Below the pieces are notes generated by a model. That model searched no databases, was not told the DNA's origin, and was given only the letters and a program-made list of their open reading frames with translations. DNA of 64,000 nucleotides from Candidatus Latescibacterota bacterium (GTDB taxonomy: Bacteria > Latescibacterota > UBA2968 > UBA8231), in contig OZ242005.1 in the NCBI GenBank assembly GCA_965204725.1, forward strand, positions 3,200,001 through 3,264,000, written 5' to 3'. This document shows, piece by piece, positions 9,508 through 18,867 of the stretch (its first letter is position 1; every line of letters starts with the position of its first letter). The position numbers were made by a program, and so were the translations under genes.

Positions 9508-9756
9508 ATGGGACACATCAAAGTAAATGGACGGAAAATTACCAACCCATTCGCCCGGGTGCTGATACCGACGACCGCTTTGCTGGTTTTGGCTTTTGTC
9601 GCGGCGGTCGCCATCTGCGGGCTTCTAATCGCGATCGGGTTGGTGTTCGCGGTGTTGGCCCTCGCAGTCGGCTTGGTGTTGCTATACGCCGCGGTTCGAG
9701 CCGTGGTCACAGCACGGCACTATTTTGCCAATTGGAACGAGAATAGGAGGAGGTAA
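9508..9756 (+). CDS. Small membrane protein of unknown function (82 aa)
   Basis: SD GGAGG before ATG 9508; long hydrophobic segment consistent with about two TM helices. Confidence 0.65.
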   Translation: MGHIKVNGRKITNPFARVLIPTTALLVLAFVAAVAICGLLIAIGLVFAVLALAVGLVLLYAAVRAVVTARHYFANWNENRRR

Positions 9757-9759
9757 TAA

Positions 9760-10818
9760 TTGCACAAAATCGCCGTAGTACCCGGAGATGGAACCGGCCC
9801 CGAAGTCGTGGCCGAGGGGCTGAAGGCCCTCAACGCCGTGGCCCGCAAGACGGGCTTTCAGTACGAGACCGCAGAATTTGACTTTGGCGGCGACCGCTAC
9901 TTGCGGACCGGCGAGCTTTTGCCCGACTCGGCGGTTGACGAGTTGCGGCAGTTCGATGCCATTTACTTGGGGGCCATCGGCCACCCGGACGTGAAGCCAG
10001 GCCCCCTCGAAAAGGGCATCCTGTTGAAGCTGCGCTTTGAGCTCGACCAGTACATCAACCTGCGCCCGGTCAAGCTCTACCCCAATGTGCCGACGCCGAT
10101 TAAGGACAAGGGGCCGGCCGACATCGACTTTGTGGTGGTGCGCGAAAACACCGAGGGGATCTACACCGGGGCCGGCGGCTTCTTCAAAAAGGGGACGCCC
10201 GACGAAATCGCCGTGCAGGAGTCGATCAACACGCGCAAAGGCGTCGAGCGCTGCCTGCGCTACGCCTTTGAGTACACCCAGCGGCGCGACAAGGACAACA
10301 CCTTGACGCTGTGCGGCAAGACCAACGTGCTAACCTATGCCTTCGACCTGTGGGAGCGGGCGTTCCACGAAGTCGGCGCGGCCGACTACCCCGCCATCAA
10401 GCGCGACTACGCCCACGTGGATGCGATCTGCATGTGGATGGTCAAAAATCCCGAGTGGTTTGACGTGGTGGTCACCGACAACATATTCGGCGACATCATC
10501 ACCGATTTGGGTGCGATGATCCAAGGGGGGATGGGCATTGCCGCCGGCGGCAACATCAACCCGGAAGGCGTGTCCATGTTCGAGCCGATTGGCGGATCGG
10601 CCCCCAAGTACACCGGCCAGAACATCATCAACCCGCTGGCCGCCATCGGTGCCTGCCAGCTCATGCTCGACACGCTCGGCGAGCGCGAGAGCGCGGGCAT
10701 TTTGGAGGACGCCATCGTCTCGACGCTGGCCCAGCTCGACGATCTGGGCGCGGGCAGGATGGGGTATTCCACTGCGGAGGTAGGCGATCTGGTAGCGCAG
10801 GCCGTTGCAGACGCCTGA
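9760..10818 (+). CDS. leuB: 3-isopropylmalate dehydrogenase
   Basis: GDGTGPEV, NLRP, VRENTEG, DNIFGDIITD, FEPIGGSAP; SD AGGAGG with TTG start. Confidence 0.93.
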   Translation: MHKIAVVPGDGTGPEVVAEGLKALNAVARKTGFQYETAEFDFGGDRYLRTGELLPDSAVDELRQFDAIYLGAIGHPDVKPGPLEKGILLKLRFELDQYINLRPVKLYPNVPTPIKDKGPADIDFVVVRENTEGIYTGAGGFFKKGTPDEIAVQESINTRKGVERCLRYAFEYTQRRDKDNTLTLCGKTNVLTYAFDLWERAFHEVGAADYPAIKRDYAHVDAICMWMVKNPEWFDVVVTDNIFGDIITDLGAMIQGGMGIAAGGNINPEGVSMFEPIGGSAPKYTGQNIINPLAAIGACQLMLDTLGERESAGILEDAIVSTLAQLDDLGAGRMGYSTAEVGDLVAQAVADA

Positions 10819-10831
10819 GGAAAGCGACGCC

Positions 10832-12427
10832 ATGCACATCGAAGTCTATGACTCCACCCTGCGGGACGGTGCCCAAGCCGAGGGCATTTCCTATTCGCTG
10901 GAGGACAAGCTGCTCATAGCTCGGCGGCTCGACGCGCTCGGGGTTGACTACATCGAGGGGGGCTGGCCCAATCCCACTAATCCCAAGGATCTGGCCTTTT
11001 TTCAGGAGGTTGAGAAGCAGGGCCTGAAGGCGCAGGTGACCGCCTTTGGCAGTACGCGCCGGGCCGGCGTGGCCCCGGAGGACGACGCGACCTTGAACAC
11101 GCTCCTCAAGGCCGAGACCCGCAGCATCTGCATTTTTGGCAAGAGCTGGACTCTGCACGTCGTCGAGGTGCTCAAGACGACCCTCGAAGAAAATTTGCGG
11201 CTGATCGAAGACTCGGTGGGGCACCTTGTGGCGCGTGGGCGCGAGGTGATTTACGACGCCGAGCATTTCTTCGATGGCTACTGCGCCGACCCAGACTACG
11301 CAATCGCCACGCTGGGCGCGGCCGAGCGGGGCGGGGCGCGTTTACTCGTGCTCTGCGACACCAACGGCGGCCGGCTGCCGAGCGAGATCGGCCGCATCGT
11401 CGCCGCGACCCGGGACGCCGTGGGGCTGCCGTTGGGCATTCACACCCACAACGACGCCGGCATGGCCGAGGCCAACACCGTGGCCGCGGTTGAGCAGGGG
11501 GCCGTCCAGATCCAAGGCACGTTCAACGGGTATGGCGAGCGTTGCGGCAACGCCAACCTGTGTACGGTGATCCCAACGGTGGAGCTCAAGCTCGGCAAGC
11601 ACCTGATCGGCCGCGAGCACCTTGCGGAGTTGATGGACTTCTCCCGCTTCTTGAGCGAGATCGCCAACGTGTACCACGACCACCGCCAGCCTTATGTCGG
11701 CGAGAGCGCGTTCGCCCACAAGGGGGGCGTCCACATCGACGCCATGATCAAGAACCCGCGCTGCTACGAACACACCGATCCGGCCGCCACGGGCAACGAG
11801 CGGCGGTTCTTGGTCTCAGACCAAGCGGGCGGGGCGACGATAGTCAGCAAGCTCCAGCGGTTTTTGCCCGAGCTAGAGAAGCGGGATCCGCTGGTGGGGC
11901 AGGTCTTGGAGCGGGTCAAGCGGTTGGAACACGAGGGCTATCAGTTCGAGGCGGCCGAGGGGTCGTTTGAGCTGCTGGCGCGCCGAGTTCAGGGCACGTA
12001 CGAGGACGCATTCACCCTGATCAACTTCCGCACGATCAACCGCAGGACCGGGGAGCACGCGGAAGAAGCCGAGGCCATTGTCAAGGTCGCCATCGGCGAT
12101 GCGGAGTACCATACGGTCGCTGGCGGCGATGGCCCGGTCAACGCGCTCGACCAAGCGCTGCGCAAGGCACTGGAGCAGAAGTTTCCCGCGCTCAAGCAGG
12201 TGCATTTGGAGGACTACAAGGTGCGGGTGTTGTCGAGCGGGGACGGGACCGCGGCCAAGGTGCGGGTGCTGATTGAGTCCTCGGACGGCAAGGATGTGTG
12301 GGGGACGGTGGGGGTTTCGGAGAATGTAATTGAGGCGAGCTGGATCGCGCTGGCCGACAGCTTGCACTACAAGTTGATGAAAGACTCATTAGCGGGGAGC
12401 CTTTGTGCGCGCCGGCCGAGCCGGTAG
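10832..12427 (+). CDS. cimA: Citramalate synthase
   Basis: DSTLRDGAQAEG, GKSW, DAEHFFDG, AFAHKGGVH, GYQFEAAEGSF, DYKVR, WGTVGVSENVIEAS. Confidence 0.9.
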   Translation: MHIEVYDSTLRDGAQAEGISYSLEDKLLIARRLDALGVDYIEGGWPNPTNPKDLAFFQEVEKQGLKAQVTAFGSTRRAGVAPEDDATLNTLLKAETRSICIFGKSWTLHVVEVLKTTLEENLRLIEDSVGHLVARGREVIYDAEHFFDGYCADPDYAIATLGAAERGGARLLVLCDTNGGRLPSEIGRIVAATRDAVGLPLGIHTHNDAGMAEANTVAAVEQGAVQIQGTFNGYGERCGNANLCTVIPTVELKLGKHLIGREHLAELMDFSRFLSEIANVYHDHRQPYVGESAFAHKGGVHIDAMIKNPRCYEHTDPAATGNERRFLVSDQAGGATIVSKLQRFLPELEKRDPLVGQVLERVKRLEHEGYQFEAAEGSFELLARRVQGTYEDAFTLINFRTINRRTGEHAEEAEAIVKVAIGDAEYHTVAGGDGPVNALDQALRKALEQKFPALKQVHLEDYKVRVLSSGDGTAAKVRVLIESSDGKDVWGTVGVSENVIEASWIALADSLHYKLMKDSLAGSLCARRPSR

Positions 12428-12453
12428 CGGAAATACGCAAAGGCGAGCGAACC

Positions 12454-14088
12454 TTGAGCCCAAAACCCACATCTGTTCAATACAACGATTGGCACCAAGT
12501 TGAAGTAGAGCCGCTGGAGACGTTCGCGCCCACCCTGCCGATTAGCGTGATCATCCCGTCCTACCAAACGCCGGCCGAGACGCTGGCGCGAACCTTGGCG
12601 GCGCTCGAAGGCCAGACCTATCCGCGGGAGTTGTTCGAGGTGATCATCGTGGACGACAGGTCGGACCCGCCGCTGGAGTGCATCCCCTCGACGCCGCTGG
12701 ATGTCAAAGTGCTGCGCTTGGATCGTGATGTCGCGCGCGCGCGAAACAACGCCGCGCGCGCGCGAAACAACGCCGCGCGCGCGCGAAACAACGCCGCGCG
12801 CGCGCGAAACAACGCCGCGCGCGCGCGAAACAACGCCGCGCGCGCGCGAAACAACGCCGCGCGCGCGGCGGCCCACGACATTCTGCTCTTCTTCGACGAC
12901 GACATACTTCCCGAGGCGGGCTATATGATGGCGCACGCCCGCTGGCACCACGCCGTATCCGACGCCCTGACCGGCGGACCCGTCGCGCACGTGGCGATAG
13001 ACGGCATCCATGCGGAGACGATCCGGCACCGGCCGGGATCGTTGGAGGCGCTGTTTTCAGACCGGTCGGCCGACCCGCCCTTATCGACCGGCCTCATGGC
13101 CAGAACCAACAATCTGACGTCGCGGGCCGACGATCTGTTTAGGGCGATAGCCGCCGGAGCCTTTGGGATTGGCAAGGATTTCTACTGGTCGGTGGGTGGG
13201 TTCGACGAATCGTTCACGCGGTATGGAGGGGAGGACACCGAGTTTTTCTACCGGGCTTATACTCGCGGGGGACTGCTGGTGCCGGTCCAGAGTGCCCTCG
13301 CTTGGCACCAAGGCCGCCGGAATGAGGATAGAGACGCCAAGAATCGCAGCAGTCGGCTCCAGCACGGGAAAGCAGTGCATCTGATCGCCCACCCCAGCTA
13401 CCGCGGCAACAGTCCCGGCCGCATCTTCACGGTGCCCCAGTATGTGGTGACCGTTGATGGGCGTCAGTGCCGGACCGATCAAGTCATCCGAGCCGTCGTG
13501 AACCTTTTGGCCGACCGAGTGCATGACTTGGTGGTCCGAGTCGAAACGGACGCGAGTGGCGACGACGAGCGGCTGGAGCGGCTGGAGGAGGCGTTTGGGC
13601 CGGACCCTCGGGTGCGCGTCGCTCCCACCCGTTCCGCCCTTGACGAGTTTCCGGTGTCGCCGTTCTACGTCGAGCTTCCCGCCGCGGCGTTCGCCCGGGG
13701 CTTGGTGCATCGCTTGCGCGTCCGGCTGAAAGACGCGGTGCTCGCCACCTCAGAGCTATCCGACGGGACCACGGTGTCCATCGTCCGCTCATGGGCGGTT
13801 CACCGGGCGCGTCGCACCGGGAAAAGCCCGGCCGACTTCGGAGCGGTGCGGGCGATACCCGCTACGGTGCTGAGGCTCAAGGCGGCAGGCGTCGCGGAGG
13901 GCGACGCGGCCGAGGAGCCCGTTGACTACCCCACCAACAGGGAGCGCCTGCGCGACCAGATGCGAGACATCCGCTGCTCTAGGGGGATTTGGGCGTTCTG
14001 CAAGTGGATGATCGACATGGTCCGGTGGAGGGCGCTCAACAAGTGGCAGGCGGTTCGTTGGCGTCTCCGGCGGGTGACACGGAACTAG
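12454..14088 (+). CDS. GT2 glycosyltransferase, chondroitin/hyaluronan synthase N-domain-like (copy 1)
   Basis: SVIIP, EVIIVDD, FFDDD (DxD), GGFDESF..YGGEDTEF, WHQ. TTG start chosen by homology to paralogues. Confidence 0.85.
   Translation: MSPKPTSVQYNDWHQVEVEPLETFAPTLPISVIIPSYQTPAETLARTLAALEGQTYPRELFEVIIVDDRSDPPLECIPSTPLDVKVLRLDRDVARARNNAARARNNAARARNNAARARNNAARARNNAARARNNAARAAAHDILLFFDDDILPEAGYMMAHARWHHAVSDALTGGPVAHVAIDGIHAETIRHRPGSLEALFSDRSADPPLSTGLMARTNNLTSRADDLFRAIAAGAFGIGKDFYWSVGGFDESFTRYGGEDTEFFYRAYTRGGLLVPVQSALAWHQGRRNEDRDAKNRSSRLQHGKAVHLIAHPSYRGNSPGRIFTVPQYVVTVDGRQCRTDQVIRAVVNLLADRVHDLVVRVETDASGDDERLERLEEAFGPDPRVRVAPTRSALDEFPVSPFYVELPAAAFARGLVHRLRVRLKDAVLATSELSDGTTVSIVRSWAVHRARRTGKSPADFGAVRAIPATVLRLKAAGVAEGDAAEEPVDYPTNRERLRDQMRDIRCSRGIWAFCKWMIDMVRWRALNKWQAVRWRLRRVTRN
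12733..12858 (+). repeat. Six exact 21-bp tandem repeats (GCGCGCGCGCGAAACAACGCC) encoding (ARARNNA)6
   Basis: Directly visible; in frame within GT2 copy 1. Confidence 0.95.
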
Positions 14089-14092
14089 TGCG

Positions 14093-15598
14093 TTGAGTCC
14101 GCAACCGAACTCAGTCTGGTACAACAACTGGTGCGAAGTGCCGGTCGCGTCGTCAGAGACGTTCGCGCCCACCCTGCCCGTCAGCGTTATCGTCTCGTAC
14201 TACGACGCCCCCCAAGCGCTGGAGTTGACGCTGGCGTCCCTTGAAGGACAGACGTACCCGCGCCATCTCTTTGAGGTCGTTGTCGTGGACGACGGTTCGC
14301 CGACGCCGCTGACGCCGCCCCGGTCAACGCCCCTCGACATCAAGGTGGTGCATCAAGCGGACTGCGGCTTCGGGCTAGCGAGGGGCCGAAACACCGGGGT
14401 TCGGGCGGCCGCCCACGACATCCTCCTCTTTCTCGATGGCGACCTACTGGCCGAAGCCGGTTGGATAGAGGCCCACGCCCGCTGGCACCACGCCGTATCC
14501 GACGCCCTGACCGCCGGCTTTCACGCCAACGTGGCGGTCGAAGGCATTGACGCGGAGGCCATTCGGCGGCGGACCGGATCGCTTGAGGAGCTATTCTCCG
14601 GTCGGCCGACGGAGCCGCCGTGGGTAGAACGCCATATCAGAATGACCAACGATTTGACCTCGTGCGACGATGACCTGTTCAGAATGGTGGGTGGGGGAAA
14701 CTGCGGGATCCGCCGGGATTTCTACGAGTTAGTGGGCGGGTACGACGAGTCCTTCACCGGATGGGGAGCAGAGGATGTCGAGTTCGCCTACCGGGCCTAC
14801 ACCCGAGGCGGGCTGCTGGTGCCGGTCCGGGACGCCTTCGCATGGCATCAGGGTCTCCAGAAGGAAGGCTGGGCCGCCAAGTGGAAGAGCGGCGAACCCC
14901 AGCACGCAAAGGCCGCCCACTTGATTGCCCACCGCCGGTTCCGCTGCGCCTCGCCGGGGCGAACCTTCGCGGTGCCCCAGTACGTAGTGACCATCGAGCG
15001 AGAGCGGGAAGGGCTGCCGGCCGACCAACTCTTTGAGGCCGCGGTGAAAATTTTGGCCGACCGGGAGCATGACTTGGTGGTGAGAGTCGAGATAGAGGAC
15101 GACGACGACGGCTTTGAGTGGCTCCGGCAACAGTTGGGGCCGGACCCGCGAGTGCGCGTCGGGCCAGCGGGGTCGAGCCTCGACGAATTTTCAGCGGCCT
15201 CGTTCCACGTCGCGCTTCCCGCCTCCGTCCCATTCGCCGTCAACTTGGTGCATCGCCTGCGCGAAACGCTAGGCGACGCGGTGATCGCCCGGGCGACCCT
15301 CCCCGGCGGCCAGACGGTGTCGATTGCCCGGGCGTGGGCACTCCATCGGGTGCGCCGCACCGGGAAAAGCATCGCCGACTTTGGCGACGAGGTGACGGTT
15401 TCCCCCAAGAAGGTGGGTCTCGGAGGTCGCAGCCGCGGCGGCGTCAGCGGCGAAGCGGTGCGGACGACGTTTTGGAGCGGCCCCTCGAAGATGGCATGGC
15501 TGCGCGTCGAAGCGAGGAGCATAGACAGCCCGGCGCGAGCGTGGTGGTTCTTGAAATGGCTGGTGCGCGGCTTAGTGCGATGGGGCCGCCGCTCGTAG
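14093..15598 (+). CDS. GT2 glycosyltransferase, chondroitin/hyaluronan synthase N-domain-like (copy 2)
   Basis: VVDDGS, HQADCGFGLARGRN, FLDGD, GGYDESFTGWGAEDVEF, WHQ. Confidence 0.88.
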   Translation: MSPQPNSVWYNNWCEVPVASSETFAPTLPVSVIVSYYDAPQALELTLASLEGQTYPRHLFEVVVVDDGSPTPLTPPRSTPLDIKVVHQADCGFGLARGRNTGVRAAAHDILLFLDGDLLAEAGWIEAHARWHHAVSDALTAGFHANVAVEGIDAEAIRRRTGSLEELFSGRPTEPPWVERHIRMTNDLTSCDDDLFRMVGGGNCGIRRDFYELVGGYDESFTGWGAEDVEFAYRAYTRGGLLVPVRDAFAWHQGLQKEGWAAKWKSGEPQHAKAAHLIAHRRFRCASPGRTFAVPQYVVTIEREREGLPADQLFEAAVKILADREHDLVVRVEIEDDDDGFEWLRQQLGPDPRVRVGPAGSSLDEFSAASFHVALPASVPFAVNLVHRLRETLGDAVIARATLPGGQTVSIARAWALHRVRRTGKSIADFGDEVTVSPKKVGLGGRSRGGVSGEAVRTTFWSGPSKMAWLRVEARSIDSPARAWWFLKWLVRGLVRWGRRS

Positions 15599-15620
15599 CG
15601 CACGGTCTAAGTACGCGACG

Positions 15621-15753
15621 CTTACGTTGAGTCCGCCTTTTCTGCTGTTGCCGATGAATCCGGGATGTTCAACACGCCCAAAGTGGGTTTTCGGACAGCT
15701 TCTTACGTTGAGTTCGCCTTTTCTGCTTCTGCTGTTGCCGCTACATCCGGGAT
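15621..15753. repeat. Two imperfect ~46-52 bp direct repeats (CTTACGTTGAGT.CGCCTTTTCTGCT...CCGGGAT)
   Basis: Copies start at 15621 and 15702. Confidence 0.8.
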
Positions 15754-15797
15754 CGAGGGCGTCCCGCCCTCGACGAGGGCAAGATGCCCTCGATCCT
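15728..15797. repeat. 70-bp dispersed REP-like element with twin GAGGGC..GCCCTC hairpins (copy 1)
   Basis: One mismatch against 60023-60092. Confidence 0.9.
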
Positions 15798-15851
15798 TTA
15801 AGGTAAGGATAGCGACAAGGTGTTCCCCGAATTAGCCTACAGGTGCTCTCG

Positions 15852-17228
15852 ATGAACCGCACTAATGCAGCAGCAGCGGCGGGCGGTTCCGCGTGGACCC
15901 GCTTCTTAGACAGGGTGCGGGCCATTCGACGCCCCGGCGGGGCCTCGGCGTTCCTGCGCTGGTTGAACGCCGTGCGGCGGCGGGAGACCAACAAGCGGCG
16001 GGTGGCTTGGTGGCATCTCCAAAGCGCGATGCGGAGCCGCTGGATACGCGCCCAATCGTGGCGGGCGAGTTCGGTTCCCGCCTTCGACCTCGGCGGCTAC
16101 AACCCGATTGGCTGGAAGCGCGACGTAGGGAGCGAGGTGGCGGCGTTGGGGCCGCTGGAGCGGCTGCCGCCCGACGTCGAGGCCCATCGCGTCGTTCATC
16201 GGCGCGACCTGCGCCGGTTGCGCCGAATCCACCACCTCGAAGACACCTCGGCGTTCCATTCCAGCGTCGTTGCGCGAGCAGGCGACTTGGCTCGCTTGGC
16301 CGCGCTGGGCGTGGTCATCCATCTGGCGGACGGAGACCAGCGGCTTCTCCCGTTGCTCGGCGACGATTTCTATCGGCTGGCGACCTCAAACGCGCACGGC
16401 CTCAACGCCGACGCCCGGGAGTTGCTCAGCGTCGGGCTGCGCCGCGCCGCTTTGCGAGAGCATTCGTCTTGGGCACGGGGGAAAGAGCTGCCCTTGGTGT
16501 CCATCCTGCTGGCGACTAAGCGCCCCGCGTTTTTGCCGTGGGCACTCGCCAATGCGGCGAGACAAACCTATCCCAAGGCGGAGTTGATCTTGGTGCTGCA
16601 CGGCGAGGGCTTTGCCGATGTGGAGCGGCAGGTTGCCGAATTGCCGCTCCCGGCAAAGGTGCTGCGGATGCCTGCGAGCGAACCCCTCGGCGCGGTGCTC
16701 AACGCCGCGACCGCCGCAGCGAGCGGGACGCTGCTGACCAAAATGGACGACGACGATGTGTACGGCGTCGATCACCTGTGGGACTTGGTCCTGGCGCGGG
16801 AGTACTCGGGGGCGCAGCTAGTGGGCAAGTGGCTGGAGTTCGTCTATCTGGCTGCCGCCAACCGCACCATTCGCTGGTTCAACGGGTGCGGTGAGCGCTA
16901 CCAGACGTCGGCCTTGGCCGGGGGTACGCTGCTCATTTCCCGCCGCGACTTGGACGGCGTCGGCGGTTGGCGAAAGGTGCCGAGCGGCGTTGATGCGGCA
17001 CTGGCCGAAGATGTCCTGCGAGCCGGCGGGCGCGTTTACCGCACCCACGCGACCGGCTTCATGCTGGTTCGGCATGGCTGCCGCCATACTTGGAGCGACC
17101 CAGACGGTGCCGACGACGCCCTGCTCGCCAAGGCCGACCGCGTCTGGTGCGGCTTCCAACCGGCCCGGGCGGCCATTGAGGAGCCGAACCTTGGGCATCC
17201 GGCCTTGGCCGGTGAGCAGTGTTCTTAG
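15852..17228 (+). CDS. Glycosyltransferase with C-terminal GT-A/GT2 domain
   Basis: PLVSILLATKRP, QTYP..ELILVLHG, LGAVLN, TKMDDDDVYG, GVD..L. Confidence 0.8.
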   Translation: MNRTNAAAAAGGSAWTRFLDRVRAIRRPGGASAFLRWLNAVRRRETNKRRVAWWHLQSAMRSRWIRAQSWRASSVPAFDLGGYNPIGWKRDVGSEVAALGPLERLPPDVEAHRVVHRRDLRRLRRIHHLEDTSAFHSSVVARAGDLARLAALGVVIHLADGDQRLLPLLGDDFYRLATSNAHGLNADARELLSVGLRRAALREHSSWARGKELPLVSILLATKRPAFLPWALANAARQTYPKAELILVLHGEGFADVERQVAELPLPAKVLRMPASEPLGAVLNAATAAASGTLLTKMDDDDVYGVDHLWDLVLAREYSGAQLVGKWLEFVYLAAANRTIRWFNGCGERYQTSALAGGTLLISRRDLDGVGGWRKVPSGVDAALAEDVLRAGGRVYRTHATGFMLVRHGCRHTWSDPDGADDALLAKADRVWCGFQPARAAIEEPNLGHPALAGEQCS

Positions 17229-17253
17229 AAGCGCGTGGGCAGGAGGACGAGCT

Positions 17254-18867
17254 ATGGACCAACCCCTGCGGAATTCGCCGCTTCCGCTGGCGCTGCTGCT
17301 GCTGGGGCTGTCAACGGTATTCTTTTTTGGCAACGACCGGGGCCACTTCTACCGGCCCGGTCACCACAATGCCACAACCGCGAATACCATGGGGATCGTC
17401 GCGAACCTATCCCCAGAGCATACCTTCCTCGGATTCTTTTATCGAACCGTCGATGACGACAACACTCCGACGTACAGGCTGTACAATCGCTTTCCGATTG
17501 GCGGCTATGGGCTGATAAAGCTGGCGACGTGGCCGGTGGGCGACAGCCTGTCGGCGCGGCTTTGGGCGGCGCGGCTTTTCATGCTGGCCTTTTTCGCGGC
17601 CGCGGCCATCTTGGCCTACCTGTCCCTCAGTCGGCTCATCGCCAACCCATGGATCGCCCTAACCGCGACGCTGCTAGCTTTCGCTTCCTACTACTGCCTG
17701 TATTACAACGATGCCGTCAACCCCGAAGTGTCAATGAGCCTGTTCGGGGTATTACTGACCTTTCACGGCATGGTGATTTTCGAGCACGAGGGACGCTTCC
17801 GACAACTGCCGGTCAAGGGGTGCGTCGCCCTGCTGCTGGGCTGGCACGTGTACGCCCTGCTGCTGCCGTTTATCGTGCTCCGCTTGGGGAGCGAACTGAT
17901 CCGGTTGCGGTTGCGCGCCGGCCTCCGCTATCTATCGCCGCTTAGCAACCGCTATATCATACTTGGCGTCGTCTGCTTGCTGTTCGGAGGGGCTGTCTTG
18001 GCTTTCAATCTCATCAACGAAAGCCAATACTTGGCGCTGAACGCGGAGAAAACCCAGATGGAAAACCCCACGTTCCAGTCGATTCTGCGGCGCGTAGGGG
18101 TTGATGATTCGGATTTTTACGCCACCTATGCGGCCACCGCTTGGCCGTCTTTCCTGAAGAGGCAATTTCTAGCCATCGCCCGCATGAGCCTGCCCTACGC
18201 TTGGTCTGGCTACGCCCAAGCGCTGGGCGAATCCGCCCAAGGGCCGTTGAAGCTGCTGGCCGTCGTCTTGGGAATCACCGCGTCCGGCGCGTTGCTGATT
18301 GGCCTGCGGTTGGTTCGCCATAAAATCCTGCTGGCGACCTTGGTGCTGTACGGGTTCTGCTGGGGGCTGTCGATGCGCTATCACACCGCCTTCCACGATT
18401 TTGAGAGCGTCCACTACATCGGCATTCCGCTGGTCTTGTTCTCGCTGGTTTTGCTGTTCATCCGCAAGCGGTGGGGCGACCGCGTCGTGGTTGGCTTGGC
18501 GGTTGCCGCGCTCTTGGTGTTCGGCCTTTCGAGCGCGGATATGAGCCGCGTGGGCAACGACGCCCAAGCCGCCGCGCTGCAAAAAACGCTGCTCAGGGAT
18601 TTTGCCGCGATTCGCGCCCAGATCCCGCCGGGCGGGCGGGTTTTCGTTCCTATATCGAGCTCTTGGAAGGCGGACTCCACGTTTGCTGGGGTGCGGCGCG
18701 CCTTGAGTTACTATCTCGCCGGAAGAATTATTATATATAATGAGCCGCCCGGAAGGCGTCGCTTTGCCGACTGGGTCATCGCGCCCCAGCGCGTGGAGAC
18801 GGATGGGCTGCTCACGCCCGATAATCGGCTGAGGTTCCTGTACGAGCGGGACGCGCTGAGTGAGTGA
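17254..18867 (+). CDS. Polytopic membrane protein, GT-C/ArnT-PMT-like
   Basis: SD AGGAGG before ATG 17254; many TM segments; YNRFPIG loop and a C-terminal soluble domain typical of GT-C folds. Confidence 0.6.
   Translation: MDQPLRNSPLPLALLLLGLSTVFFFGNDRGHFYRPGHHNATTANTMGIVANLSPEHTFLGFFYRTVDDDNTPTYRLYNRFPIGGYGLIKLATWPVGDSLSARLWAARLFMLAFFAAAAILAYLSLSRLIANPWIALTATLLAFASYYCLYYNDAVNPEVSMSLFGVLLTFHGMVIFEHEGRFRQLPVKGCVALLLGWHVYALLLPFIVLRLGSELIRLRLRAGLRYLSPLSNRYIILGVVCLLFGGAVLAFNLINESQYLALNAEKTQMENPTFQSILRRVGVDDSDFYATYAATAWPSFLKRQFLAIARMSLPYAWSGYAQALGESAQGPLKLLAVVLGITASGALLIGLRLVRHKILLATLVLYGFCWGLSMRYHTAFHDFESVHYIGIPLVLFSLVLLFIRKRWGDRVVVGLAVAALLVFGLSSADMSRVGNDAQAAALQKTLLRDFAAIRAQIPPGGRVFVPISSSWKADSTFAGVRRALSYYLAGRIIIYNEPPGRRRFADWVIAPQRVETDGLLTPDNRLRFLYERDALSE

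Noticed and set aside
8349-9710. 453-aa antisense ORF and other long shadow ORFs (7164-8180, 46281-47405, 55698-56753)
   Set aside because: They are antisense to well-supported genes, expected in high-GC DNA, and carry no motifs.
15621-15753. Repeat-spacer-repeat resembling a mini CRISPR
   Set aside because: Only two degenerate units, the second merges into a REP element, and there are no cas genes in the window.
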